A DNA stretch of 64,000 nt from Hydrurus foetidus (Eukaryota), in assembly GCA_900617105.1 (NCBI GenBank), contig UYFQ01000032.1, positions 744,001 through 808,000 on the forward strand, in the 5' to 3' direction. The translations under genes and the position numbers were made by a program. Below, piece by piece: positions 12,054 through 22,183 of this stretch. The first letter of the stretch is position 1; each line of letters opens with the position of its first letter. Below the pieces are notes generated by a model, which searched no databases, was not told the DNA's origin, and was given only the letters and a program-made list of their open reading frames with translations.

Positions 12054-13589
12054 TCAAGCCCCAAACACCAGCGCCAGCGTTTGTTTGCGGTCGTATTTGC
12101 CATTGGGCGTACGGGGGAAATCCATATCTGCCATCTTGAAGCGTGTGGGCACCATGTACCCCGGCAAGCGCGCCTGCAAAGCCGTGCGCAATGCCGCTTG
12201 GTCAAAGCCTGGGTTCAGGCTGACCAAGGCACCCAGTTCACCTTCGCCACCGCTCACACCATGCTTGAAAACCACTACGCCCTCATGCACGCCGTCTATA
12301 CCTACCAGTGAAGCTTCGATTTCACCCAGCTCAATGCGGTAGCCCAAGAATTTAATCTGGTCATCGGCCCGCCCTAAGAACAGAAAATCAGCGTTGTCGT
12401 CGATCCGCACCAAGTCGCCCGTGCAGTACAACGGATCATGGAAGAAGCGGTTGTTCGGATTTTGGATAAACGCCTTGGCTGTGCGCTCTGCATCGCTCAA
12501 GTAACCGTAAGCCACCGAGGTGCCGCGCACCAGCAGCTCGCCCTCGGCACCGATGGCTTGGCTCAGCTCGCCCGAAGGCAGGCGCACAAACAGCTCCATG
12601 TTGCTGCGGGCCTTGCCAATCGGGATGGAAAGCAGCTCTTTGCTGGGTGGCTCTTGGATGACGTGGAAGGTGCAGTCCACTGTGATTTCAGTGGGGCCGT
12701 ACATGTTGGTGAATTGGATGTGCGGGTACATCGCCATCCATTCGGCCAAAATATCGCGCGGCAACACCTCTCCTGCAGCCAGCACATGACGCAGCTTGGG
12801 GAAGCTGTCAGGCTTGAGGCGACGCGAGCGCAGCAGCAACGTGAGCACCGAGGGCACGCAAAAGAAGGTGGTGATCTCGCGCTCTGAGAGCCACTTCACC
12901 AAGCGCGGCAGCACAGCGTTCAATTCGTCATGCACCAAATGCAGCGTGGCGCCGGCTTTGAAGGCTGAGTAAATGTCAAACGTGGAGTTGTCAAAGTACA
13001 GCGGCGCGTGCTGGGACACCACGTCGTCGCTGGTCAAGGCGTAGGTATCGGCACACCAGTCGATGTAGTCGATGATGGCTTTGTGCGGAATCATCACGCC
13101 CTTGGGCACACCCGTAGAGCCAGAGGTGAACAGCACATAAGCGATGTCAATCGACAAGTTACGCGCCACGACGGGGGCCACATTGACAGGCTGAAATTGG
13201 CTGATGTTGAGCAGCACCGGGCGCTCGTCAGACGGGATATGCTGCTCGAACAGCGCCTGGCTCTCATCGTCCACCACCACCACTTTGGCCTCAGCGGCGA
13301 GCAAAATCGACTTCAAGCGCTGCGCAGGCGACTTCACATCAACCGGCACATAAGCACAATCCGCTTTCAGAATGCTGAGGATGGACAGCATGGATCGCGG
13401 GCTTTTCTTCATGAAAAACGGCACCAACTGGCCTCGCTGCGCACCAGCGGCCTGCAAAGCCCGCGCAAAAGCGTTGGAAAACTCCTCAACTTGGCGAAAA
13501 CTCAACGATTCGTCTTCGCAGCATACCGCGGCTTTATCGGGAAAGCGTGCCGCAGAAGCACTGAAGTACTGTTGAACAAGCGCGATCAT
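12054..13589 (-). CDS. Stand-alone amino acid adenylation domain protein (DltA-like)
   Basis: NRPS A-domain cores YVLFTSGSTGVPKG, FDxS, NMYGPTE, GELLVRG, YCTGDL, GRADDQIK, PNGK; no carrier or condensation domain; AGGAG RBS. Confidence 0.88.
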   Translation of the reverse strand: MIALVQQYFSASAARFPDKAAVCCEDESLSFRQVEEFSNAFARALQAAGAQRGQLVPFFMKKSPRSMLSILSILKADCAYVPVDVKSPAQRLKSILLAAEAKVVVVDDESQALFEQHIPSDERPVLLNISQFQPVNVAPVVARNLSIDIAYVLFTSGSTGVPKGVMIPHKAIIDYIDWCADTYALTSDDVVSQHAPLYFDNSTFDIYSAFKAGATLHLVHDELNAVLPRLVKWLSEREITTFFCVPSVLTLLLRSRRLKPDSFPKLRHVLAAGEVLPRDILAEWMAMYPHIQFTNMYGPTEITVDCTFHVIQEPPSKELLSIPIGKARSNMELFVRLPSGELSQAIGAEGELLVRGTSVAYGYLSDAERTAKAFIQNPNNRFFHDPLYCTGDLVRIDDNADFLFLGRADDQIKFLGYRIELGEIEASLVGIDGVHEGVVVFKHGVSGGEGELGALVSLNPGFDQAALRTALQARLPGYMVPTRFKMADMDFPRTPNGKYDRKQTLALVFGA

Positions 13590-13619
13590 GGAGACTCCTG
13601 GAGACAGATTAGCAGAGGT

Positions 13620-14966
13620 TTACAGAATATAGCGCGACAAGTCTTCGTTGTGGCTGAGTTCCTTCAAGCGCACGTCCACATACGCAGCATCCACCTTCAC
13701 CGTTTGGCCTGAGAGGTTGACCGCATCAAAACTGACCTCATCGAGCAAACGCTCCATCACTGTCGATAAACGCCGTGCGCCAATGTTTTCGGTGCGCTCG
13801 TTCACTTCAAATGCGATGCTGGCCAAGCGGGTGATGCCTTCCTCGGTGAACTCCAGCGCTACGCCCTCGGTACTCAGCAGCGCTTGGTACTGCTTGACCA
13901 AGGACGCATGGGTTTGCGTGAGGATAGCTTCAAAGTCTTTCACCGACAGCGATTGCAGCTCCACCCGAATCGGGAAGCGCCCTTGCAGCTCAGGAATCAA
14001 ATCACTGGGTTTGCTGAGATGGAACGCGCCAGAAGCGATGAACAAAATATGGTCGGTTTTGACCATGCCGTACTTGGTGGACACCGTGGTGCCCTCCACC
14101 AATGGCAGTAAATCGCGCTGCACGCCTTGGCGTGACACTTCAGCCCCGCTGCCTTCTGAGCGCGAAGTCACCTTGTCGATTTCGTCAATGAACACAATGC
14201 CGTTTTGCTCCAGCATCTGCAAGGCATGGGTCTTCATTTCTTCGTCGTTGACGAATTTGGCCGCCTCTTCGTCAATCAGTAATTTCAACGCTTCGCTGAT
14301 TTTCATCTTGCGCAGCCGGCGTTTGTCTTTGCCCATTTGGCTGAACATGCCGCGCAGCTGTTCGGTCATCTCCTCCATGCCAGCAGGGCCCATCACTTCG
14401 AGTTGCTGACGGGGTTGGTCGACTTCAATTTCGATTTCTTTGTCGTTCAAGGTGCCTTCGCGCAGCTTTTTACGAAAAACTTGGCGGGCGGTGCTCTCTG
14501 CCTCGGGGGCTGCATGCACCGCGTCTTCCACGTCAGCCTCAGCACGGCGGGCCGGGGGCACCAGCACGTCGAGCACGCGCTCTTCAGCAGCAGATTCTGC
14601 ACGGGGGCGCATCTTGCGCATTTCAGTTTCACGCGCTTGCTTAACGGCGACATCAGCCAAGTCACGAATGATGGCATCCACGTCTTTGCCCACGTAGCCT
14701 ACCTCGGTGAACTTGGTCGCCTCGACTTTGATGAAAGGGGCATCGGCCAACCGAGCCAAGCGGCGGGCGATTTCGGTTTTACCGACACCCGTAGGGCCAA
14801 TCATCAGTATGTTTTTAGGTGTAATTTCCTGGCGCAGGCTGCCTTCCACCTGCTGACGTCGCCAGCGATTGCGCAGTGCAATGGCAACAGCGCGTTTGGC
14901 TTGAGCTTGACCGACGATATGCTTATCGAGTTCAGAGACGATTTCTTGGGGGGTCATAGAGGACAT
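13620..14966 (-). CDS. hslU: ATP-dependent protease ATPase subunit HslU
   Basis: [12 protein letters not shown] pore loop, [16 protein letters not shown]-terminal DLSRYIL. Confidence 0.98.
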   Translation of the reverse strand: MSSMTPQEIVSELDKHIVGQAQAKRAVAIALRNRWRRQQVEGSLRQEITPKNILMIGPTGVGKTEIARRLARLADAPFIKVEATKFTEVGYVGKDVDAIIRDLADVAVKQARETEMRKMRPRAESAAEERVLDVLVPPARRAEADVEDAVHAAPEAESTARQVFRKKLREGTLNDKEIEIEVDQPRQQLEVMGPAGMEEMTEQLRGMFSQMGKDKRRLRKMKISEALKLLIDEEAAKFVNDEEMKTHALQMLEQNGIVFIDEIDKVTSRSEGSGAEVSRQGVQRDLLPLVEGTTVSTKYGMVKTDHILFIASGAFHLSKPSDLIPELQGRFPIRVELQSLSVKDFEAILTQTHASLVKQYQALLSTEGVALEFTEEGITRLASIAFEVNERTENIGARRLSTVMERLLDEVSFDAVNLSGQTVKVDAAYVDVRLKELSHNEDLSRYIL

Positions 14967-15034
14967 AAAAGCGATCTAGAGTGTTGGGGACAGAGCTGGC
15001 TCACTTCGTGTGCTGCGGTCTTTCCCACAAGGTC

Positions 15035-15580
15035 TCACAAAGTTTCAATGATGTGGTTCATGTTGGTGTAGATGCACAGCTCACCGGCAATTTCCAACGA
15101 TTTTTTGACAATTTCAGCAGGTGACAGTGTGGTGTTGTCAAGCAACGCTTTGGCGGCGGACTGCGCATAAGCACCACCTGAACCAATAGCCACAATGCCA
15201 TTCTCAGGCTCCAGCACGTCACCGTTGCCAGTGATGATGAGCGATGCCTCTCTGTCAGCCACCGCCAACATCGCTTCCAAACGGCGCAACACGCGGTCAG
15301 TGCGCCAATCTTTGGTAAGTTCAATGGCGGCACGCACCAAGTGGCCCTGGTGTTTTTCCAGTTTGGCTTCAAAGCGCTCAAACAGCGTGAACGCATCGGC
15401 AGTAGCCCCGGCAAACCCGGCAATCACGTTGCCATGGTGCAAGCGCCGCACCTTGCGTGCGGTGCCTTTGATGATGATGTGGCCGAGCGTGACTTGACCG
15501 TCACCGCCAATAGCCACTTGCACGCCTGTAGGCGTGTTGCGACGCACACTGACAATCGTGGTGCCGTGAAATTGATCCAT
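15035..15580 (-). CDS. hslV: ATP-dependent protease peptidase subunit HslV
   Basis: Catalytic TTIVSV, GDGQVT, GFAG, GSGG, CIYTN. Confidence 0.98.
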   Translation of the reverse strand: MDQFHGTTIVSVRRNTPTGVQVAIGGDGQVTLGHIIIKGTARKVRRLHHGNVIAGFAGATADAFTLFERFEAKLEKHQGHLVRAAIELTKDWRTDRVLRRLEAMLAVADREASLIITGNGDVLEPENGIVAIGSGGAYAQSAAKALLDNTTLSPAEIVKKSLEIAGELCIYTNMNHIIETL

Positions 15581-15676
15581 AAAATTCCTTGAGATGAAGC
15601 GAAATGCGCGGGGTGAAAAGCGCAGCCCCAGTAACGAAGGGTGCGCAGCAGCTTCACAACCGAAACGGTAGAGAAC

Positions 15677-17482
15677 TTAATCCGTACGCGCAATTACCTT
15701 GGCATGCTCATTGATGCCGATGATGTTGAAAAATACAGCCACCAAGCGGTGCAGATCTTTGAACTGCACCTGGCGGCCTTCGGCTTGCTGTGCTGACACC
15801 CAATTTAGCAGGGTGCCAGCAGCCAAGAAATCCAGACGAATTAAGCGCGAGCACAGCACGATGATGAGGTCGGTGCCTTCGAGCTTTGCATTCAGTGTGT
15901 CCAGCATTTCCACGGCGTCCCCCATGATGTGGCCCGACAAATCGACTGCACTCACGTGCGATCCCAAAGCGGCAATGGCTGTGCGTTCCGTTTCAGTGAA
16001 CTCTTCGGGGGGCAGCGAAGACGGTACACCATCGTGCGCCGATTCGGCTACGATGGAAGGCGCAGACATCATGGTGTGACTACTCGCATCCAGTGATCTG
16101 AAATTACACAGCGCACTGTCCCACGATGGCGGCGACACCTCATAAGTCACGCAGTAATCCAAAGCGACGACTTCAAACTCATCAGGCCGATGCATGATGC
16201 GCAAAACCTGCATACGAATACGCCACATCAGAGGATCTATGGTGGTGTCACCTGTCGGTGTGAGCGTTTTCAGCACAGACAACAAATGCTCAGAGCCAAA
16301 GAAGCGCAACTTGACGGATTCATCCGTCCAATGCGTGAACAGGCGGTAAAGCGTATCCAGGGCGGTGGCATCAACCGTTTCCAACGTCGACCAATTCAAA
16401 CACCAAGGCTGTGACGCTTTGTCAAGCGAGGCCTTCATCAGCGCCAGGGATGGAACATCCAGTGAGTCCGGGCTCTTCCAATGAGGCGTGAGTTCAGCAG
16501 ATGACTCCACAAAGGCGGGCGAATGATGACGAATATTGCCAGGAATGGAGAACCACAAGGGTGCAGTGTGGCCAAAACGGTTAGCAAAATCCAACGAGGC
16601 ATTCTCGAATGCCTCTTGGCGGTCTGTTGCCCGGTAAAGATCAAACAGCGTCATCCAGATTACAGGGTTACCGTTGACCGTGGGGTCAGGGTTCGCCAAG
16701 GCTTCCAGCAGAGCGGCTTCAGCCCCATCGTCATCGCCATTGGCGAAACGAATAGCGGCCTCTTCAAGTTGAGGATCATGCACAAACTCACCCACTTGAA
16801 AGGCGTTAAGTTTAGAGGTGCTGAACTCGCTGCTAAGCCCACCTTTGCGCGATGAGTGCCCACCAGCCAGCACAATCTTCTTGGAATCAGGCGTAATAGC
16901 ACGCCTCGGATCTCCAGCCGTGGTTTGAAAACTGGAAGCCGCTCCTGGTGGGACAATTTTCGGCATTGAAGCGGAAAGTTTGCGCGCTGACCGCACAGAG
17001 CGCTGCCCCGAAGCTGTTTTAGATGGGTAATCGGTTTGTTGGTACATCGGATCCGGGAACGACACCGAGAAATCCGTGTTGGGGTTGTCTGGCCCGTCCA
17101 ACGCCGCACCACCGGCATCGGATTCACCGTGCTTGGTCTTCCACCACTGCTGGGACATTTGTGCTTCAATTTCATCAATTTTTTTGATGGTTTTGGCACG
17201 CTCGTCAGGTTTATTTTGACTGCTACTGGGAAAAAATGAAGGCCGAACTGCGTCTTGTGCCCCCACCAAGTTGTCGCGCCGAAGTTTGCGCAGCATGTCG
17301 AACTCGCGTTTGCGCACGAAATCATTGCGCCTGCGCCGCTCAATCATGTCTTTGAGCATTTGCTTGCTGTAACGGCTTTCCGGATCAAGGTCTGACTGGT
17401 CCATATCCGACCAGCTCACCGATGGGTTGCGGACAAACCGCACCATCCGAGACAACAATCCACGATCTTCTTCTTTGGTCAT
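15677..17482 (-). CDS. STAS-domain-containing protein
   Basis: C-terminal STAS-like fold (LIRLDFLAAGTLLNWV...FFNIIGI), a central helical TPR-like segment and a second STAS-like region. Confidence 0.7.
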   Translation of the reverse strand: MTKEEDRGLLSRMVRFVRNPSVSWSDMDQSDLDPESRYSKQMLKDMIERRRRNDFVRKREFDMLRKLRRDNLVGAQDAVRPSFFPSSSQNKPDERAKTIKKIDEIEAQMSQQWWKTKHGESDAGGAALDGPDNPNTDFSVSFPDPMYQQTDYPSKTASGQRSVRSARKLSASMPKIVPPGAASSFQTTAGDPRRAITPDSKKIVLAGGHSSRKGGLSSEFSTSKLNAFQVGEFVHDPQLEEAAIRFANGDDDGAEAALLEALANPDPTVNGNPVIWMTLFDLYRATDRQEAFENASLDFANRFGHTAPLWFSIPGNIRHHSPAFVESSAELTPHWKSPDSLDVPSLALMKASLDKASQPWCLNWSTLETVDATALDTLYRLFTHWTDESVKLRFFGSEHLLSVLKTLTPTGDTTIDPLMWRIRMQVLRIMHRPDEFEVVALDYCVTYEVSPPSWDSALCNFRSLDASSHTMMSAPSIVAESAHDGVPSSLPPEEFTETERTAIAALGSHVSAVDLSGHIMGDAVEMLDTLNAKLEGTDLIIVLCSRLIRLDFLAAGTLLNWVSAQQAEGRQVQFKDLHRLVAVFFNIIGINEHAKVIARTD

Positions 17483-17530
17483 GATGCCTAGTGTGTCAGA
17501 AAACCTGTAGCGTGCAGCCTGTCAACACAC

Positions 17531-18601
17531 TCAATCCCCGAACATTTTTTGCTTGAGTTCGCGACGTTGTTGCGCTTCAAGCGACAAACTCGCGGTGGGC
17601 CGAGCGAGCAGGCGACCCACACCAATCGACTCACCGGTTTCGTCACAAAACCCGTAATCACCCGAGTCGATGCGGTTGATGGATTGCTCGATCTTTTTCA
17701 GCAGCTTGCGTTCACGGTCACGGGTACGCAGCTCTAGGGCGTGCTCTTCTTCAATAGTGGCACGGTCAGCAGGGTCTGGCACCACCACGGTATCTTCGCG
17801 CAAATGCTCGGTAGTTTCACCGGCACTGTTCAGAATTTCAAGCTTCAATTTAACCAACTTGAGGCGGAAAAACGCCATCTGCGCGTCGTTCATGTAGTCG
17901 TCATCCGACATGGCCAACACTTCAGCATCGGTCAACTCGGCCACAGGCTTGGACTTCCAGTTGTTCGCCAACTTAGGGTCTTTCTTGGGCGCAGCGTGAG
18001 GCGGAGCCACATAAGCTGGTGCGCTCTGGGTATGCGCATAGCTGGCTTTGGCAGCGGTAGACGCCACAGCCTGGGCCATAGACGGTACCGTGAGCTGAGC
18101 CAACCGTGAGCCACGCGCAGCGCGCGGCACGGGCTGAGGCTTGGACGCGTCCACCACCGCAGACACTGCCGGGTTTTTAACCGATGAGGTGTCCACCGCA
18201 GACTTAGCGGCAGCGGGCGCTTTGGTGACTTTGGGCACAGGCTTGGCAGCAGGCGCTGGCGCGACAGCCACCGGTGCCGCGTTGGATGCAGCAGCTTTGG
18301 CCACGGTAGCAGCGACAGGCGCACCTTCGGCAGCTACAGCCACAGCATCAGGTGCTTTCAACAAGATTTTTCTTGCAGGCTTCACAGTCACGATCACCGG
18401 CTTAGCGGGCGGAGCAGGTTGGATGAACTCGTCGGACAGCTCAGACACCGCAGGCGCAGAAGGCAAAGCCTTGGTCAACGTGACCTTGCCTTCGGATGAT
18501 TTGGCACCGGCGCTCGGCTTCCCTTCTGCGCTATGACCCGCAGCCGCAAACTCGGACTTTTTAGCCCCCAAGCCCAACACTTTTAAAATTGAAACCACCA
18601 T
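17531..18601 (-). CDS. dksA: RNA polymerase-binding protein DksA with a long Ala/Pro/Lys-rich N-terminal extension
   Basis: YMNDAQMAFF, DPADRA coiled-coil tip, RDRERKL, YGFCDETG; exact start uncertain. Confidence 0.9.
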   Translation of the reverse strand: MVVSILKVLGLGAKKSEFAAAGHSAEGKPSAGAKSSEGKVTLTKALPSAPAVSELSDEFIQPAPPAKPVIVTVKPARKILLKAPDAVAVAAEGAPVAATVAKAAASNAAPVAVAPAPAAKPVPKVTKAPAAAKSAVDTSSVKNPAVSAVVDASKPQPVPRAARGSRLAQLTVPSMAQAVASTAAKASYAHTQSAPAYVAPPHAAPKKDPKLANNWKSKPVAELTDAEVLAMSDDDYMNDAQMAFFRLKLVKLKLEILNSAGETTEHLREDTVVVPDPADRATIEEEHALELRTRDRERKLLKKIEQSINRIDSGDYGFCDETGESIGVGRLLARPTASLSLEAQQRRELKQKMFGD

Positions 18602-18677
18602 GTCGCTTCTCACTCTCACAAAACACAACAACAAACTAATCAGGTTACCTGGGGCAAAACACTTTACCCACAGAGGC

Positions 18678-19769
18678 TTACACCAGACACTGCTCCAACC
18701 CCTGCAAGAAAATATCTTTAGGCAGCTCAAGACCGATGAACACCATTTTGCTGGTGCGCAGTTCGCCTTCAGCCCAGACAGGCCCCAGGTCACTGCCCAT
18801 CAGCTGATGGACACCCTGAAAAATCACCTTCCGCTCGGTGCCCTGCATGTTCAGCACGCCTTTATAGCGCAGCATCCGAGGGCCGTAAATGTTGACGATA
18901 GCCCCCAAAAAGTCTTCTAACTTGGCGGCGTCAAACGGACGGTCCGATTTGTAGACAAAACTCTTCACGTCATCATCGTGGTGATGGTGGTGCCCGCCTT
19001 GGCCATCGCCCGCCTGCTTGTGCGAAGGGTGGTCACACTGCGCACCCTCGGCATGATTGTGCCCCTCGTGAGCATCCTGGTCGTGACCGCTGTGGTCATG
19101 GCCTTCGTGCTCATCCTTAAGGAAGTCGGGGTCAATGTCCAGCTTGGCGTTCAAATTGAAACCACGCAAGTCAAACACCTCTGACAACGCCACTTCACCA
19201 AAATGCACGGCTTTTTGCGGTGCACGGGGGTTCATGTGCTTGAGGCGGTGCATCAAAGCGTCCACCTCGTCTTGGCCCACCAAATCCGTCTTACTGATGA
19301 ACAGCTGATCGGCAAAACCCACTTGGCGACGCGCTTCTTGGCGGTCGTTCAGCTGCTGGGCTGCGTGTTTGGCGTCCACCAGGGTCAAAATCGAATCCAA
19401 CAAATAGCTTTCAGCGATTTCATCGTCCATGAAAAAGGTTTGCGCCACGGGGCCGGGGTCAGCCAGGCCAGTGGTTTCGATCACCACACGGTCAAAGTTC
19501 AACTCACCTTTACGGCGCTTTTCAGCCAAATCGCGCAACGTGGCACGCAGGTCTTCGCGGATGGTGCAACAGACGCAGCCGTTGCTCATTTGGATGATGT
19601 TTTCGGTGGTGTCAGAGACCAAAATATCAGCGTCGATGTTCTCTTCGCCAAACTCGTTCTCGATCACTGCGATTTTTTGACCGTGCGCCTCTGTCAGCAC
19701 GCGCTTGAGTAGCGTGGTTTTACCGGAACCGAGAAAGCCGGTCAGGATGGTGGCGGGAATAAGGCTCAT
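18678..19769 (-). CDS. COG0523 (CobW/YjiA/ZigA family) metallochaperone GTPase
   Basis: GFLGSGKTT, ENEFG, GCVCC, ETTGLADP, His-rich linker, CobW_C-like RYKG. Confidence 0.92.
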   Translation of the reverse strand: MSLIPATILTGFLGSGKTTLLKRVLTEAHGQKIAVIENEFGEENIDADILVSDTTENIIQMSNGCVCCTIREDLRATLRDLAEKRRKGELNFDRVVIETTGLADPGPVAQTFFMDDEIAESYLLDSILTLVDAKHAAQQLNDRQEARRQVGFADQLFISKTDLVGQDEVDALMHRLKHMNPRAPQKAVHFGEVALSEVFDLRGFNLNAKLDIDPDFLKDEHEGHDHSGHDQDAHEGHNHAEGAQCDHPSHKQAGDGQGGHHHHHDDDVKSFVYKSDRPFDAAKLEDFLGAIVNIYGPRMLRYKGVLNMQGTERKVIFQGVHQLMGSDLGPVWAEGELRTSKMVFIGLELPKDIFLQGLEQCLV

Positions 19770-19922
19770 GGTGTTCCTATGGAATTCAGGGGGTTTGGAC
19801 GACCGCATGGCAACGTCAAAGAACCCCAAATTCAGCAGGTGGGGAGTGTAGCGGGCTTGTTCAAGACAATGGGGATAAACACACGCATTTGCCAGATTCC
19901 ATCCCAATCAACCGCATATTTG

Positions 19923-21134
19923 TCACTTTTTGACCACCACCAGGCCCTTCAGGTACTCCCCCTCGGGGAAATTCACCGTCATGGGGTGGTCAGGAGCGGC
20001 CCCCAGGCGCTCGCAAATGTAGCCGTCTACGCCTGCGTCAATGCCTGCACCGGCCACAATTTTGTGGAACAAATCAGCATTGATGCCTCCTGAGCACGAA
20101 TAAGTGAACAGCACGCCACCGGGGCGCAGCAGCCCCAAGGCCAACCGGTTGATGTCTTTGTAAGCCCGTGCCGCCCGGTCGGCATGGGCAGCGGTCGGTG
20201 CGAATTTAGGCGGATCGAGCACGATGGCATCGAACTGACGGCCCTGGTCGCGGAACTGGCGCAGCGTGGCGTTCACGTCCGCGTCCAACCACGTTGCACG
20301 CTCAGGGGCAAAACCGTTCAAAGCGACGTTGGCACGGGCCCGCTCCAGCGCTGGGCCGGAAGAATCAATCGACGTGACCTCAGCAGCACCGCCCACGAGG
20401 GCTGCCACAGTGAAGCCACCTGTGTAGCAGAAGCAGTTCAGCACCTGCTGCGCACCGATTTGCTTCACCCATTCAGAAAACCGCTTGCGGCTGTCGCGCT
20501 GGTCGAGGTAAAAGCCGGTTTTATGGCCGTCAGCAATGCTGAGCGACAAGTTCCAGCCGTGCTCACGCAGCGTCAAATCGGTAGCGCTGCCCTCCTCGCA
20601 CCCTTCCTCACCCCCTACCTTTCCCCGCAACCAGCCCGTCACGCTGGGCAGACCTTCCAACGTGCGGCTGTTGGCATCCGAGCGCTCGTAGAGCCGGGTC
20701 AAGCCCGTCGCGGCCAGCAAAGCGTCTATCAGCACCGTCTTCCAGCGCTCGACACCGCAGGACAAAAACTGTGCGACCAGCGTGTCGCCGTAGCGATCAA
20801 CGATCAAGCCGGGCAGCCCGTCTGACTCGCCATGCACCAGCCGCATGCCATCGCTTTGGATGCCAAATAAGGCTCTAGCGCTTACTGCACGAGCTACAGC
20901 AGCTATAAAAAACGCAGCATCAATGCGCTGCTCAGGATCGAAGCTCCAGGCCCGTGCGCGGATTTTGGAGGTGGGGCTGAACGCCGCCCACGCCAAAAAC
21001 TGGCCCGAGTGCGATTCCACGCGCACAGTTTCACCTGCATCGCCACCGCCACTGGCGATGGCGGACTCAAAAATCCAAGGGTGGCGGCGCTGCAAAGAGC
21101 GCTCTTTGCCGTCGCGTAAACGTATCGTTTTCAT
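19923..21134 (-). CDS. rlmI: Class I SAM-dependent rRNA methyltransferase (RlmI-like)
   Basis: PUA HPWIF, GESDGLPG, GHKTGFYLDQR, FCYTGGF, DPPKF, SCS, YLKG. Confidence 0.85.
   Translation of the reverse strand: MKTIRLRDGKERSLQRRHPWIFESAIASGGGDAGETVRVESHSGQFLAWAAFSPTSKIRARAWSFDPEQRIDAAFFIAAVARAVSARALFGIQSDGMRLVHGESDGLPGLIVDRYGDTLVAQFLSCGVERWKTVLIDALLAATGLTRLYERSDANSRTLEGLPSVTGWLRGKVGGEEGCEEGSATDLTLREHGWNLSLSIADGHKTGFYLDQRDSRKRFSEWVKQIGAQQVLNCFCYTGGFTVAALVGGAAEVTSIDSSGPALERARANVALNGFAPERATWLDADVNATLRQFRDQGRQFDAIVLDPPKFAPTAAHADRAARAYKDINRLALGLLRPGGVLFTYSCSGGINADLFHKIVAGAGIDAGVDGYICERLGAAPDHPMTVNFPEGEYLKGLVVVKK
20855..20919 (-). repeat. Coding-embedded dispersed motif copy (in the rlmI-like gene)
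   Basis: Minus strand GCT GCGTTTTTTAT AGC TGCTGTA GC TCGTGCAGTAA GC GCTAGAGCCTT ATTTGG. Confidence 0.8.
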
Positions 21135-21178
21135 GGGTTTTCAATTCAAAGCAAAGCAACAAAATAAAACAAAAAATC

Positions 21179-22165
21179 TCAATCGGGCAACTTCGCCCTA
21201 GGGTGCGTATCGTCATAAATCTGCGCCAGATGCTGGAAGTCCAGCCGTGTGTACGCTTGCGTGGTGCTGATGTCCGCGTGCCCCAGCAGCTCTTGCACCG
21301 CACGTATATCGCCGCTGGACTGCAACACATGGCTGGCAAACGAATGCCGCAGCATGTGCGGATGCACCGGTGTCGCCATCCCCGCACGCTGGCTGCGGCT
21401 TTGCAGACGCTGCCAAATGGACTGCGATGTCAAGCGCGTGCCGTTGCGACCGATGAACAGCGCTGCCAAGTCCGCGTCAGCGCCCAAGTCGTGGCTGGCA
21501 CCGGGCACTTGGGCCCGCAGCAAGGTGCGGACAGCCAGCCACTGCTGCACAGCCAGCAGCGCTTTCGCCCCTATCGGCACGCTGCGCTGCTTTTCGCCCT
21601 TGCCCAGCACATGCGCGTCGCCGCTGTCCAAGTCCAACCACCCGCGTGCGGTGGCACTGGCACGCACATCCAAACCGGTCAGCTCAGCCAAACGCAGCCC
21701 ACAGCCGTAGAGCAGCTCGACGATGGCCGCATCCCGCGCTTCCAGCCAAGGGTTGGCGTCCACCGCAGGGGGGGCACTGCCACGGGTGGGTGCGGTGTAA
21801 CTGGCAAAACGCACCGCATCGTCCACACTCAGCGCACTGGGCACAGGTTTGGTGGCTTTGGGCGTGCGCACATCCTGCACCGGATTGCTCTGCACCCAGC
21901 CTTCGCGGCCCAACCACGTGTAAAACCCGCGCCAGCCCGACAAAATCAACGCAATACCTCGGCCACTGCGCCCACCGCTGTGCATGTTCACCACCCAACG
22001 GCGGATGTGCGCGTGTGTGACAGCAGCCAGCGCCACGTTGGACGCCACGGCATTCGCTTGGAGTTTTTCCAAATCCAGCGCGTACAGCTCCACCGTGCGA
22101 TCGGCCAAGCGTTTTTCAACCCGCACATGGGTCAAATACCGCTCAATGAGGTCAGCTCTTTCCAT
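21179..22165 (-). CDS. xerC: Tyrosine recombinase XerC
   Basis: LYGCGLRLAE, GKG, HPHMLRHSFASH, LLGHADISTTQAY; dapF-DUF484-xerC operon. Confidence 0.92.
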   Translation of the reverse strand: MERADLIERYLTHVRVEKRLADRTVELYALDLEKLQANAVASNVALAAVTHAHIRRWVVNMHSGGRSGRGIALILSGWRGFYTWLGREGWVQSNPVQDVRTPKATKPVPSALSVDDAVRFASYTAPTRGSAPPAVDANPWLEARDAAIVELLYGCGLRLAELTGLDVRASATARGWLDLDSGDAHVLGKGEKQRSVPIGAKALLAVQQWLAVRTLLRAQVPGASHDLGADADLAALFIGRNGTRLTSQSIWQRLQSRSQRAGMATPVHPHMLRHSFASHVLQSSGDIRAVQELLGHADISTTQAYTRLDFQHLAQIYDDTHPRAKLPD

Positions 22166-22183
22166 CTGACCGTTGCGCGGCGT

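Noticed and set aside
18970..19120. His-rich repeat stretch as a novel element
   Set aside because: This is the normal metal-binding linker of COG0523 proteins.
21179..22165. Tyrosine recombinase as a prophage or island integrase
   Set aside because: It lies in the conserved dapF-DUF484-xerC operon with no att sites or phage genes, so it is housekeeping XerC.
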